This document shows, piece by piece, positions 9,973-18,959 of a DNA stretch of 37,273 nt. The stretch's first letter is position 1. Each line of letters opens with the position of its first letter. Below the pieces are notes generated by a model. It saw only the letters and a list, made by a program, of their open reading frames with translations, did not search any database and had not been told where the DNA came from. The position numbers and the translations under genes were made by a program. This stretch comes from Eubacteriales bacterium (GTDB taxonomy: Bacteria > Bacillota > Clostridia > Oscillospirales > CAG-382): positions 1 to 37,273 of the forward strand of contig JAZQVQ010000169.1 in the NCBI GenBank assembly GCA_045631825.1, read 5' to 3'.

Positions 9973-10449
9973 TTAAAACTCACAAACTGTTTTTATACTT
10001 GCACATTCTTTAACTACAAATTCTATTTTTTCCTCATTGACATTCAGAACAATACTGCCTTTTTCTCTGTCAAGGCTATCAAGCAATCCATCGAATGCCT
10101 TTTTACCGTCTCTGGGTGCATAAAGCTTTACTAAAACCCTTTGACCTAAAAACGCCTCAATATGTTCGAAAGTCTTTAATTCTCTCTCTATACCGGGAGA
10201 CGAAATTTCAAGAAAATAGCTCTCACTAATTGGGTCAGCCTCATCTATAATAGGTTCTACCGCATCGTTTACCATCTTACAATCATCAAGTGATATACCA
10301 TCTTTTTTATCGATGTATATAATAAGATTTTTGTCCTGCCCTTCTTTGACAAACTCAACGTCCCACAATATACATCCGCACTCTTCGACTGCCGCTTTTA
10401 CAAGCTGTGCAACTTTGGCTGCAATATTGCCTTTTGATTTTTCTTGCAA
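9973..10449 (-). CDS. rimP: Ribosome maturation factor RimP
   Basis: RimP-like sequence (LEISSPGIERELK), first gene of the nusA operon. The track start (GTG at 10458) abuts the RBS, so the TTG at 10449, 8 nt after agagg, is preferred. The exact start is uncertain. Confidence 0.82.
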   Translation of the reverse strand: MQEKSKGNIAAKVAQLVKAAVEECGCILWDVEFVKEGQDKNLIIYIDKKDGISLDDCKMVNDAVEPIIDEADPISESYFLEISSPGIERELKTFEHIEAFLGQRVLVKLYAPRDGKKAFDGLLDSLDREKGSIVLNVNEEKIEFVVKECASIKTVCEF

Positions 10450-10517
10450 AAAACACACCTCTTTACTTAAAGAATAACATTAAGGAGAGGTGTTCGCCTC
10501 TCCTTTACCCATAATCC

Positions 10518-10546
10518 ATTATATATACTTTACCACACAATTTCAA
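10518..10546 (-). promoter_or_regulatory. Candidate sigma-A promoter of the rimP-nusA-infB operon
   Basis: On the minus strand: TTGAAA (10546..10541), a 17-nt spacer, then TATAAT (10523..10518). Confidence 0.45.
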
Positions 10547-10693
10547 AAAAATCAATAGTTTTTTGAATTTTATTTAAATGTTTTACAATTTTTTACGATT
10601 TTCAATCAACTTTCCTCAATTAATTTATAAGGTTTTCGAGTTATATATTGACAAAATACATATCAGATTTATTTATTTATTTATCCTTTATTG

Positions 10694-10722
10694 TTGCAAA
10701 TAATTAATTTGTGTGATAGAAT
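10694..10722 (+). promoter_or_regulatory. Candidate sigma-A promoter of the methyltransferase/ymdB cluster
   Basis: TTGCAA (10694..10699), a 17-nt spacer ending in TGA (extended -10), then TAGAAT (10717..10722). Confidence 0.4.
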
Positions 10723-10759
10723 ATAAACATATCATTCTATTATTTCAATCGGAGAGAAT

Positions 10760-11482
10760 ATGGAAACTTTAAATGGTTTAAAGTTAGAAAGAATAAGCGA
10801 TACTCTTTCTGTGTATCAGCAAAAAGGTGTTTTCAGTTATGGAACCGATGCTGTTATTCTTGCAAACTTTGTTAAAGGCGAAATTGCAAAATCCTCGCCA
10901 AAATTAATGTGCGACCTTTGCAGCGGAACAGGAATAATTCCTTTTATGCTTTGTGATTATTTTCCGGAGCTTGTCGCACATGCAGTGGAGATAAATACAA
11001 CTGCCTGTAAGCTCGCAGAGAAATCTTCACATTACAACAATTTTTCTTCCAGATACATTCAGTACAATGCAAATCTAAAAGAGTATAAAACTTTGTTTAA
11101 TGCCGAACAATTCGATTTTTTAACCTGCAATCCTCCGTATATGACAAATAATTGCGGAAAAATGTGCCTGGAAAATTACAAGACAATCGCACGTCACGAA
11201 ATACACTGCACAATAGATGACATCTTCAAAGCTGCACGATATTTGCTAAGAACCGGCGGAAACATATACATTGTATATCGCTCGGAAAGAATGGCATCCC
11301 TTTTTAGTGCCGCACAAAACAACCGTTTCCATATAAAGAAATTAACTGCGGTGATTTCAAAGAATACACCAAGCAATGTTAAGCTATTTGTATGCAAAGC
11401 ACAAAAGGATGCTTCGGAGGGGCTTATACTAAACGCAGATACAGTTGAAAACCTATGTCAAAATAAATTTGTTGGAGAGTAA
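10760..11482 (+). CDS. SAM-dependent N6-adenine methyltransferase, tRNA1(Val) m6A37 (YfiC/TrmN6)-like
   Basis: DLCSGTGIIP SAM-binding motif and the NPPY catalytic motif (CNPPYM). 240 aa. Confidence 0.75.
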   Translation: METLNGLKLERISDTLSVYQQKGVFSYGTDAVILANFVKGEIAKSSPKLMCDLCSGTGIIPFMLCDYFPELVAHAVEINTTACKLAEKSSHYNNFSSRYIQYNANLKEYKTLFNAEQFDFLTCNPPYMTNNCGKMCLENYKTIARHEIHCTIDDIFKAARYLLRTGGNIYIVYRSERMASLFSAAQNNRFHIKKLTAVISKNTPSNVKLFVCKAQKDASEGLILNADTVENLCQNKFVGE

Positions 11483-11484
11483 AA

Positions 11485-12723
11485 ATGTCAAAAGAAAACA
11501 ATCTTTCCGAGTATTACAGGAAAGCTTCGGGTGTTATCAGAATAATACGTTATTGTACGTTACTTTTATTTATTCTGTTTTTGATAACAATTATGTTTTC
11601 CTACAGAAACAGTATAACACTTGATAATCTTCAGTATCTTATGAAGTATGCTGACCTGTACAGTTCATCACAGGGAGAGGATGCTTCCGAAATTTCAATT
11701 TCCTCGAATTCCGATTCACAGTATCTTATGCTCAGGAACAATCTTTGCGTTGTTTCAAGAAATGGTGTGGATATGTACGATTTCACTAACGGAAAGTTAT
11801 TCAACTACTCCTTTTCATACTCTTACCCCGCTTTTGTAAACGACGACCGCAATGTTTTAGTATACGACATTGAAGGAACCGAAATTTCCATTTTCAATTC
11901 ATTTTCAAAGGTATATACTCAAAAATACCCATATAGCGTAAAGGCAGCCGCCATTAACAAAAGCGGTTTTGCTGTTGTTACCAACGAAGAATCATATCGT
12001 TCGGGAGTTATTGTATACAACGACAAGTACAAAGAAGTTTTCAGGTGGATGACTCACGACAAATATGTAACAACACTCGACATCAGCAAAGACGCATCAT
12101 TTGTTGTTTGCAGTGCTGTCAATGCCGACGACGGTGGCTATGATTCAAGTATTTTATTATACAATACTATAACAGGAAAATGCGTAAATCAGCTTCGTTT
12201 GTCCGATGAATTGCCTATCAGCATCAAGTATTCACCTGATTCAAAGAGAATAATCATTATTACAGACAGTATGGTTTATTTTTACGATTCCGGTTTGCAA
12301 AAAGGTACAACCTACAAATTTAACCAGAGCAAAGTTAACGAGTTCAAAGTATTAGGTGACAAGCTGATTTTAACGCAAAACACAAGTATATCCGGAAACT
12401 CCATGTTAATATTAGGATTTGACTTTTCGGGTAACAACATTTTTTCCATTGAAACAACACTAAAGATTGACGACGTAGCAATATGCGACAATTATTTATA
12501 TGCAATAGGCGAACAAAAGCTATGTGTATATGAATTTAGCGAAAACTACGAAATAAGGAATCTTGACATTCTGTTAACCGATTCACTCTATGAAAGTGTT
12601 TTAGCCGATTCAGAAAACAGGTTTATTATTACAAATTCAAAAAAAGCACAAAGAAACAGTCCACAATCAATAAGAACAGCAAAAGATAAGGAAACAAGCA
12701 ATGAAAATATTGACAATAGGTGA
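11485..12723 (+). CDS. Hypothetical membrane-anchored protein with a repeat-rich (beta-propeller-like) ectodomain, possibly DUF5711-like
   Basis: 412-aa ORF with one N-terminal TM helix (YCTLLLFILFLITIMF). Repeated beta-strand-like segments follow. The ATG lies 3 nt after the upstream stop. The family assignment is from memory only. Confidence 0.55.
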   Translation: MSKENNLSEYYRKASGVIRIIRYCTLLLFILFLITIMFSYRNSITLDNLQYLMKYADLYSSSQGEDASEISISSNSDSQYLMLRNNLCVVSRNGVDMYDFTNGKLFNYSFSYSYPAFVNDDRNVLVYDIEGTEISIFNSFSKVYTQKYPYSVKAAAINKSGFAVVTNEESYRSGVIVYNDKYKEVFRWMTHDKYVTTLDISKDASFVVCSAVNADDGGYDSSILLYNTITGKCVNQLRLSDELPISIKYSPDSKRIIIITDSMVYFYDSGLQKGTTYKFNQSKVNEFKVLGDKLILTQNTSISGNSMLILGFDFSGNNIFSIETTLKIDDVAICDNYLYAIGEQKLCVYEFSENYEIRNLDILLTDSLYESVLADSENRFIITNSKKAQRNSPQSIRTAKDKETSNENIDNR

Positions 12724-13480
12724 TGTTGTCGGTTCTGCTGGAACTGAGTTTCTCAAGAAGAATTTATACAACATTCAAAAAGAATACAGCATAGATATGA
12801 TAATAGCAAATGGCGAAAACGCTGCAGTCGGAAACGGTCTTGACATTGACACGGCAAATGAATTATTCTCAAGCGGTGTTGACGTCATAACAAGCGGGAA
12901 TCACATATGGCACAAGTACGAATTACAAAACAGAATTGACGATTTTCCAAACATTCTAAGGCCTGCAAATTACCCTCCTGAATGCCCCGGTAATTCCTAT
13001 GTGATATTCAACGCCTCGAACGTTAAAGTTCTTGTAATATCCGTTCTTGGAACAGTTTACTTAGAAAGTATGACAAGTCCTTTTAATTCTGTTTCAAAAA
13101 TCCTTGAGCGTGAAAAGAACAATTATGATGTATCAATTATAGACATTCATGCAGAAGCCACAAGCGAAAAAGCTGCATTTGCAAATTATTTTGCAGGAAG
13201 GGTTACTGCGGTCGTAGGTACCCACACGCACGTACAAACTGCCGATGCAAGAATCCTCAAAGGACACACAGCCTTTATAACAGACCTTGGTATGACTGGT
13301 GCATACGACTCTATTCTCGGAATTAACACCGAATGTATACTCAAAAAGTTTCTAACAAAAATGCCCGTGAGGTTTGACCAAGCAGAGGGCAAAGTCCAGT
13401 TTAATGGTGCAATAATTGACGCCGATTTTTCCTCAGGAAGGGCAAATTCAATTTGTCCTGTTTACAGAATCTATGAATAA
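12701..13480 (+). CDS. ymdB: YmdB-like metallophosphoesterase (2',3'-cyclic-nucleotide 2'-phosphodiesterase family)
   Basis: MKILTIGDVVG..., GENAAVGNG, GNHIW and DIHAEATSEK motifs of the TIGR00282/YmdB family. Confidence 0.85.
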   Translation: MKILTIGDVVGSAGTEFLKKNLYNIQKEYSIDMIIANGENAAVGNGLDIDTANELFSSGVDVITSGNHIWHKYELQNRIDDFPNILRPANYPPECPGNSYVIFNASNVKVLVISVLGTVYLESMTSPFNSVSKILEREKNNYDVSIIDIHAEATSEKAAFANYFAGRVTAVVGTHTHVQTADARILKGHTAFITDLGMTGAYDSILGINTECILKKFLTKMPVRFDQAEGKVQFNGAIIDADFSSGRANSICPVYRIYE

Positions 13481-13484
13481 ACGC

Positions 13485-13514
13485 AAAAAAGTTGTCTCAA
13501 GGACAACTTTTTTT
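13485..13514. terminator. Bidirectional intrinsic terminator between ymdB and cca
   Basis: The aaaaaa-gttgtc-tcaag-gacaac-ttttttt hairpin is flanked by A and T runs, between convergent genes. Confidence 0.7.
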
Positions 13515-14874
13515 ATTTTAAAGTACCCGCATAGGTAAGCGTCTGCTTTAGTGCTGACTCCTTAGGTACTCCCGAAAGACGAAGCTTATGTGCATAAGCA
13601 AGCAGTTTGGAAAAATGCTCTCCCGGAGCTATTCCATATTCCACAAGATCACTGCCTTTGACGTATGGTTTTGACATAATACTCTTATATATTTCATAGT
13701 GCTTAAGCAAATACTCAAGTGTGTCGGGTTGATTTACTTTCATTATTCTTCCCTTATCATCAGCCTGGCAAAAATATATAAGGTCCATCGGGTACAGACA
13801 ACTGTCAAAAATCTTATTGGTGACCTTTGCTGCACTATTGTTTCTTGCTGCAATATTTGGCCTCATGTGAAGCTTTGTTATGTTCAGTACGTACTTTATA
13901 AGCTGATTATTATTTGTAAGTCGTTGCAAAAATGTTGCGGCAATCTTTTCCGATTCATACTCGTGTCCGTATGCGTGTATTACCCCATCACCTACCGAAT
14001 AACAAACTGCTTTTCCAAAATCATGTGCAAGAGCACAGAGCATAAACCAGAATGGGTGCTGTACTTTATCCCTGTAGTTTGCCGCCTTATCAAGTGTCAT
14101 CATTGTATGATTCCACACATCACCTTCGGCGTGATACACGGGGTTTTGTTCAATGCCAATTAAAGATTCAAGTTCAGGGAACCAATAGGAAAGCTGCTTG
14201 AAAGACCTGAGAACTTCAAAAAAGATTGATGGCTTTGGTGATTTTATCAATGCCTTTTTCATTTCCTCAAAAATACGCTCCCTGCTTAAGCTTGTTATAT
14301 CCATTTCCCCACACAATCTCTTTGTATCAGGATGTATTTCAAAACCGAATCTCGAAGCAAACTGTGCCGCCCTCAAAACTCTTAAAGCATCTTCACCGAA
14401 TGAATCATCATTTACGTGACGCAGCACTTTATTTTTTAAATCGTCAAGTCCTCCAAAGTGGTCGACAATATCGTCGGTCAAAACATCCCGCATCAGTGCA
14501 TTTACTGTGAAATCACGCCTCATTGCCGCTTTTTTTGTACCGACAAAAGCATCTATATCAACCACAAAATCAGTGTGTTTATTACCAACTTTTTTTTCTT
14601 TTCTTGGGAGTGCTATATCTATATGAACCTCTTTAAGTGAAAAAATCCCAAAAGACGAGCCATATTGAATGGGTGTGCCAAATTTACTCAGAATCTCCTT
14701 AAGCTTTTCAGGTGTTATTCCGTGAATTTCTATATCAATATCATAATTATCAATTTTCAAAAGCCTATCTCTTACACATCCGCCCACATAGTATGCCCTA
14801 CCACCATTTTTTTCTGCTTCGGCTGCAATACTTTGTGCAAGTTTAATTTCATTCACGTTCACGGTCACAATCAC
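13513..14874 (-). CDS. cca: CCA-adding tRNA nucleotidyltransferase with a C-terminal HD domain
   Basis: GGCVRDRLL and RRDFTVNA polymerase-beta motifs, plus HDFGK in the HD region. The start is ambiguous among several GTG codons at 14874-14862. Confidence 0.85.
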   Translation of the reverse strand: MIVTVNVNEIKLAQSIAAEAEKNGGRAYYVGGCVRDRLLKIDNYDIDIEIHGITPEKLKEILSKFGTPIQYGSSFGIFSLKEVHIDIALPRKEKKVGNKHTDFVVDIDAFVGTKKAAMRRDFTVNALMRDVLTDDIVDHFGGLDDLKNKVLRHVNDDSFGEDALRVLRAAQFASRFGFEIHPDTKRLCGEMDITSLSRERIFEEMKKALIKSPKPSIFFEVLRSFKQLSYWFPELESLIGIEQNPVYHAEGDVWNHTMMTLDKAANYRDKVQHPFWFMLCALAHDFGKAVCYSVGDGVIHAYGHEYESEKIAATFLQRLTNNNQLIKYVLNITKLHMRPNIAARNNSAAKVTNKIFDSCLYPMDLIYFCQADDKGRIMKVNQPDTLEYLLKHYEIYKSIMSKPYVKGSDLVEYGIAPGEHFSKLLAYAHKLRLSGVPKESALKQTLTYAGTLK

Positions 14875-14938
14875 CTCCCAACAATAATATACACAACCGC
14901 AGTCATTTTACGACAACTGCGGTTTACTTTTATACAAA

Positions 14939-15739
14939 TTAAATATCAGCAGGCACTCCTGTAACTATGTCGCCCACACCATTATAAATATACTTTGGTC
15001 TATATGGAAACTTCTTTAGTACAGACGGAGTTGTTACACCCGATAAAACAAGTACAGTTTCAATTTCCGATTCTATGCCTGCAATTATATCAGTATCCAT
15101 TCTGTCGCCTACAATAACGGCGTCCTCGGGTTTTACGCCTAAAAGCTTTATTCCGGCTTTCATCATCAAGGGATTTGGTTTTCCTACATAGTACGCAAAA
15201 ACACCAGTTGAAAGCTCAATGGGTGTAACAAAAGCCTTACAAGCCGGAACAATCCCCTGCTCGGAGGGGCCGGTCATATCAGGATTTGTTCCGATAAGCT
15301 TTGCACCATTATTGACAAGCTTTACTGCCCGTATTATACTGTCATAATTATAATTTCTTGTTTCACCAACCACAACATAATCGGGATTTACGTCGTTCAT
15401 TGCTATACCCTTTTCGTAAAGGGCATTTGTAAGTCCGGGTTCCCCGATAACGTAAGCCGAGCATCCCGGCTTCTGATTTGCAAGAAAATCGGCAGTTGCC
15501 AACGCACTTGTATAAAAATGCGAGGGCTCAACATCCAGTCCGAGTCTTGCAAGCTTTAAGTGAAGTTCTATCGGCGAACGTTCCGAACTATTTGTCAAAA
15601 ACAAAAAGTGCTTATTATTTTCCTTAAGCCATTTTACAAATTCGGCAACACCCGGAAGTATGCGATTTCCATGGTATATAACACCATCCATATCACATAT
15701 AAAACCTTTTTTATTTATCGCATCAAGTATCATATTCAT
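14939..15739 (-). CDS. HAD-IIA family phosphatase (NagD-like)
   Basis: DMDGVIYHG motif I, LTNSS motif II and GDRMDTD motif IV. Confidence 0.8.
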   Translation of the reverse strand: MNMILDAINKKGFICDMDGVIYHGNRILPGVAEFVKWLKENNKHFLFLTNSSERSPIELHLKLARLGLDVEPSHFYTSALATADFLANQKPGCSAYVIGEPGLTNALYEKGIAMNDVNPDYVVVGETRNYNYDSIIRAVKLVNNGAKLIGTNPDMTGPSEQGIVPACKAFVTPIELSTGVFAYYVGKPNPLMMKAGIKLLGVKPEDAVIVGDRMDTDIIAGIESEIETVLVLSGVTTPSVLKKFPYRPKYIYNGVGDIVTGVPADI

Positions 15740-15753
15740 ATTTTTATGTCCTT

Positions 15754-16350
15754 TTAACTATTTTCAACGAGATAAGTTGACTCAGTATCTGCAAGATGCA
15801 GTTTGACTGCGAGCGGATACTTCTCAAAAGCTCCGTTTATTGCATAACTTCCTCCACGGGCAGCATCATCAAATCCTCCCATATGCCAACGGATTGCAAT
15901 AGCTTCGTCTACTTTAAGTCTCATAAACCTTTCTATTAAAAATACCGATTTTTCACCGTGACCAAATGGGAATTTATCGTCTATTGTATAATAGTTCACC
16001 TTTTCCCATTGTCCCGTTGACTCATTTTTAACGTTTCGCTGACTTATCTTATAGAACTCTGCCTTACACAAATCATGCAAAAGAGCACAAATTGCCAGCG
16101 TTTCATCGGGCTGACCGCCATTATATCGTTCAATCATAATATTATAGACATTAAGGGAGTGATCGGCAAGACCTCCTTCAAAAGCATTATGAAATTTTGA
16201 GCTTGCAGGAGCCTGAAAAAAGTCTGTTTTTTCACTTATCCAATTAAGCAATTCCTTGCTTCCTGCCCTTGTAATCGCAGCATTATAAGCTTTTATAAAC
16301 TTATCTTTGACTGATTCCACTTGTATTGATTTTAACTGTTCTTCGTTCAT
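15754..16350 (-). CDS. HD-domain phosphohydrolase
   Basis: KFHNAFEGGLADHSLNV and LLHDLCK (the H...HD metal-binding pattern). 198 aa with a ggaggt RBS. Confidence 0.75.
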   Translation of the reverse strand: MNEEQLKSIQVESVKDKFIKAYNAAITRAGSKELLNWISEKTDFFQAPASSKFHNAFEGGLADHSLNVYNIMIERYNGGQPDETLAICALLHDLCKAEFYKISQRNVKNESTGQWEKVNYYTIDDKFPFGHGEKSVFLIERFMRLKVDEAIAIRWHMGGFDDAARGGSYAINGAFEKYPLAVKLHLADTESTYLVENS

Positions 16351-16456
16351 TGTTACCTCCTGGGGTTCTGCTTTTTTTGTTTTGGTATATTCTCAAGTGA
16401 AATTATAGCCAAAAACCAATTATACTTATATTGTTTATTTACCAATCAAAATTCTT

Positions 16457-16779
16457 TTAAAGTTCCGGATATGGATTTACTTTAAGGTGTTCGTTCAAAA
16501 ATAGTCCTTTTCTTGCTCTGTCAACAAAATCAATAATTTCTATAAAGTCTGGAAGCTTAGTACACCGGATCTAAACCAGGCACCCGTTGATCTTTTGTAA
16601 TCACAAAGCTGCTCAATTTTTACAACCTCAGGACTAGGTGACATACCGCCATATTCAATATCAACTATCTTTTCAAGCAATTCTTTCTTGTATGTATACC
16701 ATTCCTCAGGAGTTACCCTTGTACCATCTTCTTTTTTAAACGAGTCTGGCAGCTTACCGTAAATCGTAATATCTCTCAT
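16457..16779 (-). pseudogene. Remnant of an alpha/beta-hydrolase (carbohydrate-esterase-like) gene: an N-terminal 79 codons plus an out-of-frame C-terminal 27 codons
   Basis: The 79-aa ORF (LPDSFKKEDGTRVTPEEWYTYKKELLEKIVDIEYGGMSP) looks like the N-terminus of proteins of about 400 aa. It ends at a TAG at 16540. A shifted frame then reads EIIDFVDRARKGLFLNEHLKVNPYPEL-stop. Confidence 0.4.
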
Positions 16780-16831
16780 TTTACAAACCTCCTTTCGACA
16801 ATACTATATAATCATATTTAACACAAAAACA

Positions 16832-16860
16832 TTGACTGGTTTAAAATGATATTGTATAAT
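16832..16860 (+). promoter_or_regulatory. Near-consensus sigma-A promoter for the 113-aa ORF
   Basis: TTGACT (16832..16837), a 17-nt spacer ending in TG, then TATAAT (16855..16860). Confidence 0.55.
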
Positions 16861-16879
16861 AAAATCCGGAGGGGATTTT

Positions 16880-17221
16880 ATGGGTTTTAAAGACAAAATA
16901 ATGAATATATTTAGCAAAAACAATGCAAATGTTTTTCAGAGCAGAAAAATAAGTGCAAAGCTACACGACACTCACGTAAAATATGCCACGGAAAAAAGAG
17001 ATGGCGTCGAAGTTATCATCGGTCGTGACGGACATTTAAACATTGTTGACAAGGACAAATTTGAGCTTGTCTTTGGAATAAACAGCATTTTTAAATTTGA
17101 AATTGACAAAATGGCAATCTGGGAATTTATGAGTCTCGATGGTGCTGTTATCACAGGATTTGATTTAAACACAAACACCGAAAGAACTGTCACTACTTAT
17201 TACGACAAGCATTTAACATAA
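16880..17221 (+). CDS. Hypothetical protein (113 aa)
   Basis: ORF with a ggagggg RBS and a strong promoter. No motif was recognised. Confidence 0.55.
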   Translation: MGFKDKIMNIFSKNNANVFQSRKISAKLHDTHVKYATEKRDGVEVIIGRDGHLNIVDKDKFELVFGINSIFKFEIDKMAIWEFMSLDGAVITGFDLNTNTERTVTTYYDKHLT

Positions 17222-17223
17222 TT

Positions 17224-17793
17224 TTAATCATCCATTTCAAGATTTATATGAAGTATATTTACGCACTCTAAAAATGCATTTGTACTCATTCCGGTAGGCA
17301 AGGAATTCTTTGCACACACTTCATTTCTCAGTTTTACACTATTTGATTTTCCCAAAAGCCCCAGTTGGTACAAATCCGCCTTTGAATATTTTTTTATATC
17401 ATCGCTTTTTTCATCATCAGTATACTTGTTTAGAAGATTGTACAAGAATCCCGATTCAACGCCCTCAACGCCAATTAAATTCTGGCTTGAGGGTTTTGTT
17501 TTTCTTTCCTCTTTACCTAAAATTTCAGGAATATAAACATTAATTATTTTTGATGCATCATCAACGATATTTTTAATCTTATTACGTATTACAAAACCGG
17601 CACCATCACTGTCAGTCAGGATTATAATTCCCCTTTGTTGTGCAAGCCTTTTTATAAGTGCACACTTTTCTTTATTATTAAAAATAGAAAAACCATCTGT
17701 TGTAATAACAGTAGAATCAAGAAAAGACGAAAGTCTGATTTTATCGTACTTACCTTCTACTATCACCACTTGTTTCAATTTAAGCTTTTCCAT
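17224..17793 (-). CDS. rnmV: Ribonuclease M5 (Toprim domain)
   Basis: VVIVEGKYDK...IILTDSDGAGFVIRNKI Toprim motifs. I preferred the ATG at 17793 over the GTG at 17799. Confidence 0.8.
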   Translation of the reverse strand: MEKLKLKQVVIVEGKYDKIRLSSFLDSTVITTDGFSIFNNKEKCALIKRLAQQRGIIILTDSDGAGFVIRNKIKNIVDDASKIINVYIPEILGKEERKTKPSSQNLIGVEGVESGFLYNLLNKYTDDEKSDDIKKYSKADLYQLGLLGKSNSVKLRNEVCAKNSLPTGMSTNAFLECVNILHINLEMDD

Positions 17794-17806
17794 ACTCACA
17801 CCATTT

Positions 17807-18337
17807 CTACATTATGAAATTGATATCGCCTGTCATAGCTGCAAGAACTGTATTGACTACCGATTGTGGTCTTCTGTCGCAATTCTTTTTTGCTCTTAAG
17901 GCTTCTTTTTCAGTATCGAAAAAAGCTGTGGTTTCGCACGTTGTAATTGAATTTACCCTCACACCGCTTGTTACATAAAACCCTCCGTCTTTTTTTACCA
18001 TACTTGCGTAGTATTCTATGCCGTATACAATAGCTTCATAATATTTCCAAGCACAGCTTATTGCTTCTTCTCTCAAACCCTCCGGAATAAAACCCTTAAG
18101 CTCCGGCAAAATAGATCTACCCTTATCGGAAAGTCCGCATCTTCTTTTACCGTCACTTTTTATTATAAAAATCAAGTTATCTTTATTGAGTGTTTCAATG
18201 CAATCAACAAAATCGGTCATATCGACAAGACCGGTTGCAAGAACAGCCGGCTCGAGATTTCCGATTTCAATTTCATGTCCCAAATACGAAATTATAAGCA
18301 TTATCAAAGCTTTAATTTCTTCTGGTCTGTTTAACAT
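17807..18337 (-). CDS. DUF4364-like hypothetical protein
   Basis: About 176 aa starting MLNRPEEIK, upstream of rnmV. The family call is from memory of the typical N-terminal winged-helix-like pattern and is low certainty. Confidence 0.5.
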   Translation of the reverse strand: MLNRPEEIKALIMLIISYLGHEIEIGNLEPAVLATGLVDMTDFVDCIETLNKDNLIFIIKSDGKRRCGLSDKGRSILPELKGFIPEGLREEAISCAWKYYEAIVYGIEYYASMVKKDGGFYVTSGVRVNSITTCETTAFFDTEKEALRAKKNCDRRPQSVVNTVLAAMTGDINFIM

Positions 18338-18457
18338 AAAAATCACCCATATGTATATTACCACATTTAACCTATCAATTCAAGTATTATTATTAAAAAA
18401 AACAAAATATGTAAAAAACAGAGCCTATATGGCTCTGTTACAGCAAAGTAAGGAAAA

Positions 18458-18781
18458 TTACTTTTCCTCAAAAGTTTCACATTCAGTTTCTCTACAGCAG
18501 GAAGAAGAACTTGTACCTACTTCAATTTTGTCTGCATCACATTCGCCATCGTTATTATATTTACAATTTTCAGCTGTACATTCTACATCCGTACAGTTGC
18601 AAGCACCTGTGGTACAACTACAGCTATTGTATCTTGCCTCTTCTTTGCTGTCAGCGTAGCTCTGACACATTGTTTCATCGGATACAACTGCACTTTCTCC
18701 TTCAATAGTTATTTCTTCCCTTATACATCCGCCCTCTTTATTGTAGTAACACTTAGTAACTTCACAAGTTATATTTGGCAT
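18458..18781 (-). CDS. Cys-rich protein with two DUF1540-like domains (107 aa)
   Basis: ITCEVTKCYYNKEGGCIREEITIEG...CQSY and VECTAENCKYNNDGECDADKIEVG...CETF both fit the DUF1540 pattern. The ATG at 18781 follows an aaagga RBS. The longer track ORF has no RBS. Confidence 0.7.
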   Translation of the reverse strand: MPNITCEVTKCYYNKEGGCIREEITIEGESAVVSDETMCQSYADSKEEARYNSCSCTTGACNCTDVECTAENCKYNNDGECDADKIEVGTSSSSCCRETECETFEEK

Positions 18782-18894
18782 AAAAAACATCCTTTCAAAA
18801 ATACTCCGAAGGAAATCCTTCTGTATTATTATAAACATAATCTTTACAGGTATTCTGTTTTTTTGCAGATAAAAATGTTTTTTTAAAAAAGCTC

Positions 18895-18923
18895 TTGACA
18901 AATGCCAAATATTGTGATATACT
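18895..18923 (+). promoter_or_regulatory. Consensus-like sigma-A promoter of tRNA-Gln
   Basis: TTGACA (18895..18900), a 17-nt spacer ending in TGA, then TATACT (18918..18923). It lies about 35 nt upstream of the tRNA. Confidence 0.6.
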
Positions 18924-18959
18924 TTTAAACGTTCGGTTGGGAACGTAAAAATTTAATAT

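Noticed and set aside
16540-16779. The 79-aa ORF as an intact small gene
   Set aside because: The sequence looks like only the N-terminal segment of a much larger esterase-type protein. An out-of-frame C-terminus-like fragment follows it. It is called a pseudogene remnant, at modest confidence.
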